Source of the DNA: Rubripirellula sp.
GTDB lineage: Bacteria; Planctomycetota; Planctomycetia; Pirellulales; Pirellulaceae
Length of the DNA stretch: 64,000 nucleotides
Reading direction: 5' to 3'
NCBI GenBank assembly: GCA_965216875.1
Contig: OZ244207.1
Location: 7,488,001 to 7,552,000, forward strand
Shown: one piece after another, positions 49,604-59,620 of the stretch
How positions within the stretch are numbered: the stretch's first letter is position 1
Layout: each line of letters starts with the position of its first letter
Position numbers and translations under genes: made by a program
The notes under the pieces: model-generated
What the model was told of the DNA's origin: nothing
Databases searched by the model: none
What the model saw: only the letters and a program-made list of their open reading frames with translations

Positions 49604-52140
49604 TGTTTAACGCGATCTCTTCGACAACCTGCATGCTGTTTGGCGTTGGATTGGCAGCGGCGCTTCTGTTTCGAGTCGTGCGGATTGATTCGTGGCGACT
49701 GCGGCAATGGTTGATGTTCGCTGTATTGCTGCAAGGCGTGATGTTTGTGCGCTCGCCCTTGCATCTGGGATTACTCCCCGCCAAAGCCGATTCCGGCAAC
49801 CAATTCGTCGGACATTTCGATGAAGGCTTGCGGACTCGCAGCGATGTGGGTGACGGTTCCGAGGTCGCATCGAGGCTTGCAGGTTCGTCGTTTCTGACGA
49901 CTCCTATGAACGACGAACCTTCAATTTCGTTTTGGTCGAACCTATCATCGTGGCCGTGGCGCACCATCGTTGGTTCGATTTGGGCGATGGTCCTCGGCAC
50001 GCTCTTTTTCATTTCGGCCGTGCGCTACCTGCGACTTCTGAAACTGGTGCGGCGTCTGCCGCTGGCGGACGATCGTTGGCAAGAACAACTCGACCGCGCG
50101 ATTGAGCGGGAAGCGATCAAGGGTGGAACTGTTCGCATGCTGGTTTCGCCTACCGTCGGACCGCTCTTGGTTCGTCGGCCACGCGGCTATGTCTTGATCG
50201 TTCCCAATCGCTATTGGCACGCCCTGACGACCGAGCAGCGACAGGCTGTCCTAGTGCATGAGCTTGCTCATCTGCGTCGCAGCGATGTATGGCGCCAGCT
50301 ATTTGTTCGCGTGATCACTTCCCTGCACTGGTTCAATCCGGTCGGTTGGTGGGCGCTGCGGCAATACGAAGAGGCGGCGGAACTGGCTTGCGACCAAGCG
50401 GTCACACGCCGAGGCAAGCATGCATCGGCCAGTTTTGCATCAGCACTCGTTCAGCTTGTTGATTGGCATCAGGGTGCGTCTGACGCAAGTGTTTCGCATC
50501 AGGCCTATGCGACCGGTGTTGGCTACCAGGCGATGGCGGCACCCCCGCTGACGCATCGAATCTCAAGACTCCTAGAATCCTCGTCAAATGGAGACTCTCT
50601 CATGAAACGGCTCGTGCTTGTTGGTGTTGCCATCGTGCTGGTGGGCGCCTCGTTCTTTCAAGTTCGGCTGACGACCGCACAAGACGCCGGCGCAAACGGT
50701 TCGCCCGACTTGCAGGTCATTGACGACACGATGGCGGCCGAGTTGAAGCAGCTTGTTGCCCGTCTCGACACGACGGATGCTTCGACGGGCCAGCTTGCCT
50801 CGCTTTACGACTCGGTAGAAGGCAAGCTCGCCATCGCCGGAGCGCTCAACCAGCTCGCTCGCCCCGCCCGCGATGATGCTCGCGATGACGCTTTCCCTCG
50901 CTTTATCGAAGCTCATTTTGAAACAACAAGTGGCGGCAAACTGAAACTGCGATCTCAGCATGCCGAGCGAGCCGATCGATGGAAAACGAAGTCAAAACGG
51001 TTGGCCGAAAACATGGACAAACTTCGCCAGACGACCGACGAGATCGCAGAGCAACTTGATACGTCGAGCGACGTTGGGGTGGTCTTCAACCGGTTGCTTA
51101 AAGACGAACAAGCACCAGCTGCTTTGTTGCTTTTTGAGATGGAAGGCGGGGGCGATCTGATCACTCGGTTCATCTCCGAGGCGATGGATCGAATCCTGGT
51201 GCAGCGGGCTGACGGTGCTTTCGAAATCGTCCAATCACGACGACGCGAAGCGGAGATGCAAGTGGCACGCTTTGAGCTGGCCGGAAAACTTGCCAAGCGT
51301 CTTCAACGCGAGATCGCGGTCTTTGCCAAAGAACTCGATACGTCGGACGAGGAACACCAGCAACTGGCCAAGTACATGTCCAACCCGATGATGGCGACGG
51401 TGGTTGCGTTGCACCTAACCGAGGATGACAAAGTTCGCTCGGCTTCTGCTGCGGTCGATCGCTTGTTTGGTCAACTCGATTCGGTATCGGTCGAGGCTCC
51501 AGGAGGCGTTCGCATCGAAAACGAAGAAGCCTGGTCAAAGTTCCGCGAGATCTTTGTGCATGTTGACCGGGCAACCGAGATGGTTCCCAAAGTACAAATG
51601 CGTCTGGCGGAATTGGCCGAAACATTGACAACCGATGACGAACTCTTGAAGCGTTTCGAAACTCAACTCGGTGAGCTGCCGGTTGCCGTTTTGATTTCTG
51701 CAGAGCTTCCCTATGCCGAATCGGATCCGGGGGCCGAGTTGAAAGCCTTGTTGAGTGAAGTCCTTGTGGAATCGGATTCTGGCAAATTGGGCATCGTCGA
51801 AGATCGTCAGGAGGAAGTCGTGCAGAAAGCGACGGAGCTGCTGCGTACCTGTCGAGCGATCCGTCGCCACGTCTCGGGAGTCGATGATTTGCTTGGCAAT
51901 ATGGAGGATCAGAGTTTCGTTGCCGAGATTGGCGACGCGGGCCGTTATTTCATGCTCGGCCAAGTCCGCGATTTTGCGGATCGCTATCGGCCTGACCTTG
52001 TCCAGCTCTTAGCCAAAGAGATTCTCGAAGAGACCGATGGTGGCAAATATCGCGTTCGACCCGATCAACGCGAGATCGTTGCCAAGTTAATCGATCAAGC
52101 CGAAAAGGTTCGTGCCGAGGCAGCCAACGATGACTTTTAG
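49600..52140 (+). CDS. BlaR1-like M56 metallopeptidase with a long helical extracytoplasmic domain
   Basis: HELAHLRR.D, WFNP..W, ELACD; start overlaps the repressor stop. Confidence 0.92.
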   Translation: MMFNAISSTTCMLFGVGLAAALLFRVVRIDSWRLRQWLMFAVLLQGVMFVRSPLHLGLLPAKADSGNQFVGHFDEGLRTRSDVGDGSEVASRLAGSSFLTTPMNDEPSISFWSNLSSWPWRTIVGSIWAMVLGTLFFISAVRYLRLLKLVRRLPLADDRWQEQLDRAIEREAIKGGTVRMLVSPTVGPLLVRRPRGYVLIVPNRYWHALTTEQRQAVLVHELAHLRRSDVWRQLFVRVITSLHWFNPVGWWALRQYEEAAELACDQAVTRRGKHASASFASALVQLVDWHQGASDASVSHQAYATGVGYQAMAAPPLTHRISRLLESSSNGDSLMKRLVLVGVAIVLVGASFFQVRLTTAQDAGANGSPDLQVIDDTMAAELKQLVARLDTTDASTGQLASLYDSVEGKLAIAGALNQLARPARDDARDDAFPRFIEAHFETTSGGKLKLRSQHAERADRWKTKSKRLAENMDKLRQTTDEIAEQLDTSSDVGVVFNRLLKDEQAPAALLLFEMEGGGDLITRFISEAMDRILVQRADGAFEIVQSRRREAEMQVARFELAGKLAKRLQREIAVFAKELDTSDEEHQQLAKYMSNPMMATVVALHLTEDDKVRSASAAVDRLFGQLDSVSVEAPGGVRIENEEAWSKFREIFVHVDRATEMVPKVQMRLAELAETLTTDDELLKRFETQLGELPVAVLISAELPYAESDPGAELKALLSEVLVESDSGKLGIVEDRQEEVVQKATELLRTCRAIRRHVSGVDDLLGNMEDQSFVAEIGDAGRYFMLGQVRDFADRYRPDLVQLLAKEILEETDGGKYRVRPDQREIVAKLIDQAEKVRAEAANDDF

Positions 52141-53512
52141 CTGGCGGTATCAGTGCGTTGGTCCACGCCGGGCTGCGTTGCTGGTGATGGGTGTCTGTTT
52201 GATCGCGGCTGCACCGGTCCACGCCGAGACGATTGATCGGTTGTTGGCGGGCGCGCATCGCGAGGCTGGCATTGAACCGGCGGCGGTGTGCGATGACGCC
52301 ACGTTTCTGCGGCGTTTGTCGCTCGACTTGATTGGGCGTGTTCCAAGTGAAGCCGAACTTGATCGATTCCTGGGCGATCCCGATCGTTCGCAAGCTATTG
52401 AAACGTTGCTGGCAAGCAACGAGCATCGAGCGTTTTGGTCGCATCTTTGGACGTCATTGCTGCTTGGGCGAGCTCAGCAGCAGTACGTCGAACGCGAAGT
52501 GTTGCGAGCGTGGGTGCAGGATCAGATGACTGACCCGCTGGCACTCGACCAATTTGCTTTCGAATTGATTTCGGCCGAGGGCGTCACGTCACTTGATGGC
52601 CCGGTCAATTATGTTGCCGCCAGTCGTCGCGACCCGGTGATGCGATTGTCGCGAACGTTTTTGTCGGTGCAGCTCGATTGTGCCCAGTGTCATGATCATC
52701 CGTTTGATCGTTGGACCAACGACGACTACGAGTCCATGCAACGTTTCTTTTCGCAAACGCGGTTTCGGGAGGTTTCAGGCGGCTACGCCGTCGCGGACGA
52801 AGCCGGTGGCGATGGTGCCGACTTGCCCACGTTCTTGACAGGTCGAAAGCCACACACTTCGGCATGGCGCCGCGAGTTGGGGATGATGGTCGTGACTTCA
52901 AAACCCTTTTCGCGTGCGATGGTCAACCGCGTTTGGCATTGGCTGATGGGGCGCGGTTTGGTCGATCCCGTTGATGGACTCTCTCGTGAGAACCCGGCGG
53001 CGACTCCGGAGCTTCTCGAACAGCTTGCGTCTGACTTGCGTCGCGACCGGTTCGATCAATCGGCATTGATTCGGCGCATTTGCGAGTCGAAGGCGTATCA
53101 GCGTCGTTCAGACCCATCACAAGATTCCCAGACGCAAGAGCGGCGCCAACTGTTTGCCGTTCGCAACGCGAGACCTTTGTTGCCGCGTCAATGGATTGCT
53201 TCGGTCGCCACCGTGCTCGACCGGCCGATGCCCGAACCGGACGAACTTGCGGTCCAATCAGCGAACTTGCTCGGGGTGACGCGTCAGGCGATACCGGCGA
53301 CCGATCCCTTCGCGTGGTCGACGACGACCCAGACGTTGATTCGCCAACTCTCTCGGCCGTTGCCAAGCCGAACAAGGTCGATCGATTCGCTGTTCAAAGC
53401 GGCGCTGGCTCGCGATCCGTCGGCCGAGGAACGCAAGATGCTTCAAGGGCGTTCTTCACAGGAACGGGTGTATGCCGTCGTTCATGGCAACGAATTCATG
53501 CTCAACGATTGA
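52130..53512 (+). CDS. DUF1549/DUF1553 protein (short form)
   Basis: DATFLRRLSLDLIGRVP, CAQCHDHPF, VNRVW..GRGLVDPVD. Confidence 0.9.
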   Translation: MTFSWRYQCVGPRRAALLVMGVCLIAAAPVHAETIDRLLAGAHREAGIEPAAVCDDATFLRRLSLDLIGRVPSEAELDRFLGDPDRSQAIETLLASNEHRAFWSHLWTSLLLGRAQQQYVEREVLRAWVQDQMTDPLALDQFAFELISAEGVTSLDGPVNYVAASRRDPVMRLSRTFLSVQLDCAQCHDHPFDRWTNDDYESMQRFFSQTRFREVSGGYAVADEAGGDGADLPTFLTGRKPHTSAWRRELGMMVVTSKPFSRAMVNRVWHWLMGRGLVDPVDGLSRENPAATPELLEQLASDLRRDRFDQSALIRRICESKAYQRRSDPSQDSQTQERRQLFAVRNARPLLPRQWIASVATVLDRPMPEPDELAVQSANLLGVTRQAIPATDPFAWSTTTQTLIRQLSRPLPSRTRSIDSLFKAALARDPSAEERKMLQGRSSQERVYAVVHGNEFMLND

Positions 53513-53529
53513 ATGAGGATTTGCAAACG

Positions 53530-54747
53530 ATGATTGATTCGAGCCACCGAAGTCGTCGCCACTTTCTTTCGACCGTGTCGGCATTCGGTTTTACGAGCCT
53601 GTTTGGCAGTCAGCTTTGCCATGCACTTTCAAGCGGCGAGCCGACTGGGCGTTTCAAGCGTTGTTTGGTGCTGTGGATGGAGGGCGGGCCAAGTCAGCTC
53701 GATACTTTTGATCCAAAAGTCGATGCGCGCAAGTCGATCGCGACCAACGTACCGGGAGTGCGGTTTGCAGAGACGCTTCCTGGACTCGCCAACCGCGCCG
53801 ACCAACTCTGTTTGGTGAGGTCGGTCGGTAGCAGCGAAGGAGAACACGCACGAGCAACCGAATTGCTGCACACAGGGTTCACACCTGTTCCTTCCTTCCC
53901 ACGGCCGGCACTCGGTGCGATGGTCGCGGCTGATCGTGACGTCGGCGATGTGCCTCGCTATGTCACGCTCGGTGGCAACGGCTTGGGGCCGGCATTCCTG
54001 GGAAGCGAAAATGGGCCCTTCGTTGTTGACGACATTTCAGCAGCTTGCCAACAACTCAAACGGGTTGATCAAAAACGTGGTGCACTCAACTTGCTCGAAC
54101 GACTCAATCGCAACCGTCAATCGCAGCTCGATGTTGCTGCGTTGGGAAATCGGCCAGCGGCGGTCGAATCGGTTTCGCGTCTCTTCGGAACGGACTTTCC
54201 CAATGCGCTCGATCTTGAATCGGTGGATTCAAAGCACTGGGAACGCTACGGCGATAGCACCTTTTCGCAGCGGGTGTACACGGCGCGGCGGCTATTGGCA
54301 CTTGGTGTTCCCTTTGTGGAAGCCCAGTTGGGCGGTTGGGACACGCATATCGACAACGATCGCCGCACCAGTGACCTTTGTGCCACGATCGAAAAGCCTT
54401 GGCTGGCTTTGATGGATGACCTGCAAGCCGAGGGGATGTGGGATGACACACTGATTGTGTGGATGGGTGAGTTTGGTCGCACTCCCAACATCAACAATCG
54501 TACTGGACGTGATCACTATCCCGAGGTCACGCCAATCGTGCTTGCCGGTGGCGATCTGGGTGGCCGTGTTGTTGGGGCGACGAGTGAGGCTGGCACAAAA
54601 CGCGTTGGCCAAAAAAATAGCGTTGCCGACTTCATGGCAACGCTCATGGAACTGCTCGGGCTCGATCACGAACAAGAATACATGACCAGCTTTGGTAGCC
54701 CTACAACCGCGACTGACGATGGAACGCCCATCGCACCGTTGCTGTAG
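53530..54747 (+). CDS. DUF1501 family protein with Tat-like signal
   Basis: SRRHFL, LWMEGGPSQLDTFDPK, GWDTH, MGEFGRTP, GRDHY. Confidence 0.92.
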   Translation: MIDSSHRSRRHFLSTVSAFGFTSLFGSQLCHALSSGEPTGRFKRCLVLWMEGGPSQLDTFDPKVDARKSIATNVPGVRFAETLPGLANRADQLCLVRSVGSSEGEHARATELLHTGFTPVPSFPRPALGAMVAADRDVGDVPRYVTLGGNGLGPAFLGSENGPFVVDDISAACQQLKRVDQKRGALNLLERLNRNRQSQLDVAALGNRPAAVESVSRLFGTDFPNALDLESVDSKHWERYGDSTFSQRVYTARRLLALGVPFVEAQLGGWDTHIDNDRRTSDLCATIEKPWLALMDDLQAEGMWDDTLIVWMGEFGRTPNINNRTGRDHYPEVTPIVLAGGDLGGRVVGATSEAGTKRVGQKNSVADFMATLMELLGLDHEQEYMTSFGSPTTATDDGTPIAPLL

Positions 54748-54850
54748 CGACCGAAATGCCGTCTGCCCTTCGAGATGCGAAAAGTGGGTAAGGCCCGACG
54801 CTAGCGCGTACGGCTCACAAAGGGTTCGAACAGGCCATCACGATGGGAAA

Positions 54851-56428
54851 TCAAACTTCGTGAGGCGTACGAAGCGGATTCCACTTGATCTTCCAGCCGA
54901 CGCCTTGGCCATTGAGCTTGGGTTCGGGTAGGTCTTCGAGATCGGCTTCGTCGGTGGACTCTTCGTCACCGGGATCGTTTTCGGGGGCGTCGATTTCGAC
55001 CTTTTGCAGCCGAGTGCGTGGCGGTGTGGTGTCGCTGGCACTTGGGCTCTCAGGTTCGGCCGCGCCCGGTTGAACCAGGATCGACTCACCCGATTCGCTC
55101 GACGTGATCGGAGCCGCTTCGACGGGAACCGAGAACGACGAATAGCCACTTCGAATCGCGGGGCTGAAGGGGTCGTAGTACGACAACGGCGTTCGCTGGA
55201 CGACTTGGCGCGGCACCATGACGGTCTCGGTGTATGGAACCAGCGTCTTGCGAGTCACCGGTCGCATCACTTTACGAGTGACCGCTTCGCGTTCGTAGTA
55301 AGGCACTTGCACCGACTCTTTGCGAGTCTCGTAAACGGTTCGTGTCGATTGCACAGGAACCTTACGAACGACTTCTTCGCTGACCCATTTCTGCTGCTGG
55401 ACGGGGACTTTTCGCGTCAATGTTTCGGTCACAGGTCGTTGAACCGAATAAGGAATCTTGCGAACTTCCACCGTCGGCACCATACGTGTCGTTTGAACGG
55501 GCACGTTTTGCGTGACGACTTCTGATTGCATGCGTTGCACTTGCACAGGCACGCGTTGGGTGACCACTTCAGTTTGCATCCGCTGAACTTGCACAGGCAC
55601 TTGCACCTGGGTCGTTTCAGGGACGTAGGACGTCTGAGCGACTTGTTGCGTGATGTAGTTCGGGCGATACGAGTATTGCGTTTGGACGGTTGCAGGTGTC
55701 GTTTGCGGCGTCCAGTAATAGCCGCCACGGACTCGAGCAAAAATGCCGAGCGGGCCTGGTGTTGCGTGAGTGCCGCGGACGTACTGAAGTCCGTAGTTGG
55801 TTTGGCCTGGAACAACGACTTGTTGAGCGACGTAGCCACCCGCGTCAACCGTTTGGTTTTGCATCGTGGTCACCGGACGCATCGACGTGTGTTGCTGCGT
55901 CTGGTACTGAGTTTCAACAACGGGACGCTGGACCGTGTACTGCTGATCGCGGTACTGGGTTTCGACGACCGGGCGCTGGACCGTGTACTGCTGTTGGTGG
56001 TACTGAGTCTCGGTGACGGGACGATAGGTCGTCACGCGTTCTTCGCGTTCCGCCGTTTCGGTGACGTACTTGGTTTGCGTGTACGTTTCATCACGGTACG
56101 AGGTTTCGGTGACCGGCTTCCAAACGGTGTAGCGTTCTTCGCGGTACTTGGTTTCAACGATCGGCTTGGCAACGCGGTACTCGCGCTCTTCGTTGCGGTA
56201 CTTCAGCACGTTGCGATAGGTGGTGACATCTTCGCTGACGTACTCGGTCTCATACGAGACGCGATAACGCTGAACCTGCTGCGGTTCCATCACCGTTTCG
56301 CATTGCAAGCGATAGGTGGGTTGAAAGCAGCAGCCATCGTCTGCAAAGGCAGCTTGTGGGATGCCCATGGCGATGGTCGAAGCGATAGCAAGAAGCTTGC
56401 AGGATCGGGATTTTGCTGAGCGAATCAT
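54851..56428 (-). CDS. Secreted YTV-repeat protein (planctomycete envelope structural protein candidate)
   Basis: Signal peptide; 16-aa repeats YTVxRPVxET in the N-half and RVPVQ in the C-half. Confidence 0.8.
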   Translation of the reverse strand: MIRSAKSRSCKLLAIASTIAMGIPQAAFADDGCCFQPTYRLQCETVMEPQQVQRYRVSYETEYVSEDVTTYRNVLKYRNEEREYRVAKPIVETKYREERYTVWKPVTETSYRDETYTQTKYVTETAEREERVTTYRPVTETQYHQQQYTVQRPVVETQYRDQQYTVQRPVVETQYQTQQHTSMRPVTTMQNQTVDAGGYVAQQVVVPGQTNYGLQYVRGTHATPGPLGIFARVRGGYYWTPQTTPATVQTQYSYRPNYITQQVAQTSYVPETTQVQVPVQVQRMQTEVVTQRVPVQVQRMQSEVVTQNVPVQTTRMVPTVEVRKIPYSVQRPVTETLTRKVPVQQQKWVSEEVVRKVPVQSTRTVYETRKESVQVPYYEREAVTRKVMRPVTRKTLVPYTETVMVPRQVVQRTPLSYYDPFSPAIRSGYSSFSVPVEAAPITSSESGESILVQPGAAEPESPSASDTTPPRTRLQKVEIDAPENDPGDEESTDEADLEDLPEPKLNGQGVGWKIKWNPLRTPHEV

Positions 56429-56806
56429 ATTGGTTGTCGATTCGTGTGGTTGGAACTCAGTGGGCCGACGGGTGCGAGCGCATGTGCCCCCCGGTGGTCG
56501 TGAAACAACTAATTCAAGGGTACGCAAGCCTTTAAGAAAATGTAGAAAAAACCATGGAAAATAGGCGTATTTGCCAAATCGCCCCTCCTCAAAATTCGCC
56601 AGTTTTCCCGAGCTGTTTATTTGTCGCTACAGATGTTGCTGTTTCGCAACACTCGACAGTTTGGCTAACCGTCAGGGTCGCCCAATTGTCTGACAGCATT
56701 TGCCGTGCGAACCAATGGCCAAGCAAGCACGCAAGACCGTTGATGTTGGCTGTAGCGATTATGAGGCCGGGCGCCCGTCTTGCCGAAGCGACGCTTAGGT
56801 CGACGC

Positions 56807-57050
56807 TACTTTCGCGGAGCGAAAGGCGACAATGGTCAGCCGCGACGCGCTAGCGTGCGGTTCTCGCTTTGCCGTAGCGACGCTCGCCAGAGCGTGGTGA
56901 ATCGGTCGCGGATCCGCAGAAGCTGGGTACGGCGACGGTACTTTCGCGGAGCGAAAGGCGACAATGATTAGCCGCTACTAGAAACGAGACGAAGCCCGAA
57001 ACGTGAGAGAGTGTCATTCACTCGCTCTCGCTTCGGGCTTGGATCGGAAT
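56807..57050. repeat. Mosaic REP-like cluster
   Basis: 28-bp direct repeat TACTTTCGCGGAGCGAAAGGCGACAATG (56807, 56939), family D arm 56874-97, AAGCCCGAA..TTCGGGCTT hairpin. Confidence 0.8.
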
Positions 57051-57061
57051 GGGCTTGATGA

Positions 57062-58555
57062 CTAGCGGAAGTCAACCATGAAGGTGCCGTTGTCCGCGAC
57101 GTCGAACATCGGTCGGCAGTAACGTCCACAGCCCATCGGGCCTCCTGGACGGTACATCAAACCGAGTGAGATGTTCCAGCTTTCCTCTTGGTGAGCACCG
57201 CTGCTGCTGCCTTCGCGTGGCACCAAGAAGGTACCGCCGGTTTGCAGAACCAAGTTGCGGCGAAGCGGCAAGTTGATCGTCGAACCGAGTAGCCCGTCGT
57301 CGTTGTCGGTGAAGCCGAGGAAGGTGTCCCATTGGCCGCTGCTGTTGAGCAACCGTCGGTAAAAGAACCGATATTGAGTGGTTGATCGAAACCGAATCGA
57401 ACCAAGGACTTGCGTGCCCGCGACATTGGCGACCGTTCCCGAATTGTCTTTGCTGAGCCGAGCCATGTTTTGGAAACCCCAGACATGAGCGCCGCGGCCC
57501 TTCCAGCTCAATTCACTTCGCAGTTGAGTCAGGTTGCCTTGGAAGTACCAGTCAGAGTTCAGGTAGTCGACGACCGCACCATATTGAAGTCCGCAATCAA
57601 CGCGGCGAAACAAGCCAGCGGTGAGGAAAATCTGATGACGCGTTTCGCGTGTGAATTCGGATCCGGTCAGGTTGGTTTGCGTGGCACGCAAGCCGAGTTG
57701 CGCGGCCAGGTCGCAGCCGAAGAGTTTCTTCAGGTCACGGCTCTCGTTGAATCCTTGGTAAAAGCCAAAGCTTCCCGAACCGCTTCGCAGGTTGGCGTTG
57801 GTAGCACTGATCGGGGTGAAGTTCAGCGGGCCTTTGAAGCCCTGCATCCCCACGAAGAATTGGAATCGATTCCAGTTCACACGCACAAACGGCAGGCACA
57901 ATGGAATGTGTCCAACGTCACAGGCGGACATGCAAGCGTCACAGCCACATTGGCCACCACTTTCGAGTCCACAGCCGGGATCGCCGATAATGCCTTCGAC
58001 GCCACATGCCGCTTCAGCACATTCGACGCAGCCATCGCATCCAGTGATATTGCAGACCCTGGGACCGAGTTTGGTCAGGGCTGCGCCGACGCCACATCCG
58101 ACTTCGAACCCACATGCTGGTTCGTCGCCGTAGAATTCCGTTCCACACACGGGTTCGATGTTGTATGCAGCATCGCAGTTGCCGCAATCGCATACCGGCC
58201 CACAGCCGTGAGTCTCGAGGAACCCGACCTGCTGGATCTCAGCCTTGACCAGATTGCCATCGAGGGGCGAAACCGGCGGATCGGCAAGCACCTCGCCGTA
58301 GGCGGCTTTAGCTACCATAGAGCGAGGTTGGCTCGGCACGGCGGCTGCGTCCGCATCAATGCGGGATCGGACCTTGGCGTGGGCGACTTGGATTTGTCGC
58401 TGTTTCACCTCCGATTGCCCGGATTTCGAGGCGGCTGGCTTCCTGCGAAGCACGTTTTCTGCACCTTTGGTGGTGACGGGAGCTGCGAAAAAGTTGCTCA
58501 GTACCAGAAAGGTGGTCACACCGAGCAGTCGAAATGTTCCGCGTCGCGTTATCAT
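57062..58555 (-). CDS. Planctomycete Cys/Gly-rich exported protein with predicted C-terminal beta-barrel (DUF6666-like)
   Basis: Many CG dipeptides in the N-half; GSFGFYQGFN, RHQIFLTAGLFRRVD.GLQYG, terminal RPMFDVADNGTF. Confidence 0.75.
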   Translation of the reverse strand: MITRRGTFRLLGVTTFLVLSNFFAAPVTTKGAENVLRRKPAASKSGQSEVKQRQIQVAHAKVRSRIDADAAAVPSQPRSMVAKAAYGEVLADPPVSPLDGNLVKAEIQQVGFLETHGCGPVCDCGNCDAAYNIEPVCGTEFYGDEPACGFEVGCGVGAALTKLGPRVCNITGCDGCVECAEAACGVEGIIGDPGCGLESGGQCGCDACMSACDVGHIPLCLPFVRVNWNRFQFFVGMQGFKGPLNFTPISATNANLRSGSGSFGFYQGFNESRDLKKLFGCDLAAQLGLRATQTNLTGSEFTRETRHQIFLTAGLFRRVDCGLQYGAVVDYLNSDWYFQGNLTQLRSELSWKGRGAHVWGFQNMARLSKDNSGTVANVAGTQVLGSIRFRSTTQYRFFYRRLLNSSGQWDTFLGFTDNDDGLLGSTINLPLRRNLVLQTGGTFLVPREGSSSGAHQEESWNISLGLMYRPGGPMGCGRYCRPMFDVADNGTFMVDFR

Positions 58556-58656
58556 GTCGTGTGCTTTTGAAGTAAGCGTTATCAACTCACGGGCATGGCC
58601 GTAGCGCAAGCCCGTATCGAATCAGTAATTTCCATCGGACCGTCACAGCCTGCACA

Positions 58657-59547
58657 ATGAGCAAACCTTCTCTAATCGTTACTTTTTTACACTCACCCCT
58701 GCGAAACTGGGGGGGATGGGCTTCTCTGGCGGTGGTGATGGCAATTTGGGGCGGTCAGGCACCTGCTCAGGAAGCTGCGAACAACGATGCAGCTGAGCTC
58801 GCGTATCCGCTGTCGGTGGCCGTCAGTGGCGACGATTTGTACGTGGTCGACCTCGATTTGCCCGGCGTGTGGAAGGCGGGAGCTGAGCCTCGGGCTCTGC
58901 TGGTCCGTGGTTCGAACCTGCTTCGCAAGCCAATGAATCGTCCGCGGGCGATCGCGATCCATCCCGATGGCGGTCTGCTGGTCGGCGACTCGGCAACGCG
59001 CGAGGTCTATGCGATTGGGGCCGATGGTGGTGAGCCCAAGCCACTGACCGATGGCTATATCGGAAACGTGATGGCAATCGCCGTTTCGCCCGATGGCAAA
59101 ACGGTCTACGTCGGCGACGCAGAGAAACGGGCTCTCTTTCGATTTCCGATCGAAGGGGGCAAATGCGATTTGGTGGCCCGAGTGAATGCTCGTGGATTGG
59201 CGTTTGACTCTGACGGCAAGCTTTGGGCGATCACTCCTGACGACGCCGCGGTCCAACGCGTTGACGTCGAATCGAAGGAAGTGGAAAAGGTGATCACTGG
59301 TCGACCCTTTCAATACCCCAACGGACTCGCTTGGGCAGGCGATCATGGTTACGTCACCGACGGCTACGGCAAGTGCATCTGGAAGTTCACAGCCGACGGC
59401 AAGACTGAAAAGTGGCACGAAGGCGATCCGCTGGTTGGGCCGGTCGGCATTGCAGTGACTGAGGGCTCGGTCTTTGTCGCCGATCCAAAGAAGAAACAAC
59501 TCTTCGAAATCAATCGCGAAAGCAAAGAGGTCAAAGAGCGACTGTGA
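58657..59547 (+). CDS. Exported NHL/SMP-30-like beta-propeller protein
   Basis: Repeats YPLSVAV, RPRAIAI, YPNGLAW, GPVGIAV..VFVAD; signal-like N-terminus. Confidence 0.85.
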   Translation: MSKPSLIVTFLHSPLRNWGGWASLAVVMAIWGGQAPAQEAANNDAAELAYPLSVAVSGDDLYVVDLDLPGVWKAGAEPRALLVRGSNLLRKPMNRPRAIAIHPDGGLLVGDSATREVYAIGADGGEPKPLTDGYIGNVMAIAVSPDGKTVYVGDAEKRALFRFPIEGGKCDLVARVNARGLAFDSDGKLWAITPDDAAVQRVDVESKEVEKVITGRPFQYPNGLAWAGDHGYVTDGYGKCIWKFTADGKTEKWHEGDPLVGPVGIAVTEGSVFVADPKKKQLFEINRESKEVKERL

Positions 59548-59620
59548 ACCTTGGCGGTCGCCAAAGGTGTCGTCCTCGCGATGATCGTCCAGTTTCGAAC
59601 CTGACCGTAGAGATGCCTTC

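Noticed and set aside
53080..53529. Extended N-terminus of the second DUF1501 ORF
   Set aside because: Overlaps the DUF1553 gene by more than 400 bp; the Tat-like signal points to ATG 53530.
56807..56966. 28-bp direct repeat pair as a mini-CRISPR
   Set aside because: Only two copies, a ~104-bp spacer made of other REPs, and no cas genes in the window.
58657..59547. NHL propeller as part of the FtsH-like system
   Set aside because: Co-oriented and only 73 bp away, but it has an export signal while the other components look cytosolic; unsupported without synteny data.
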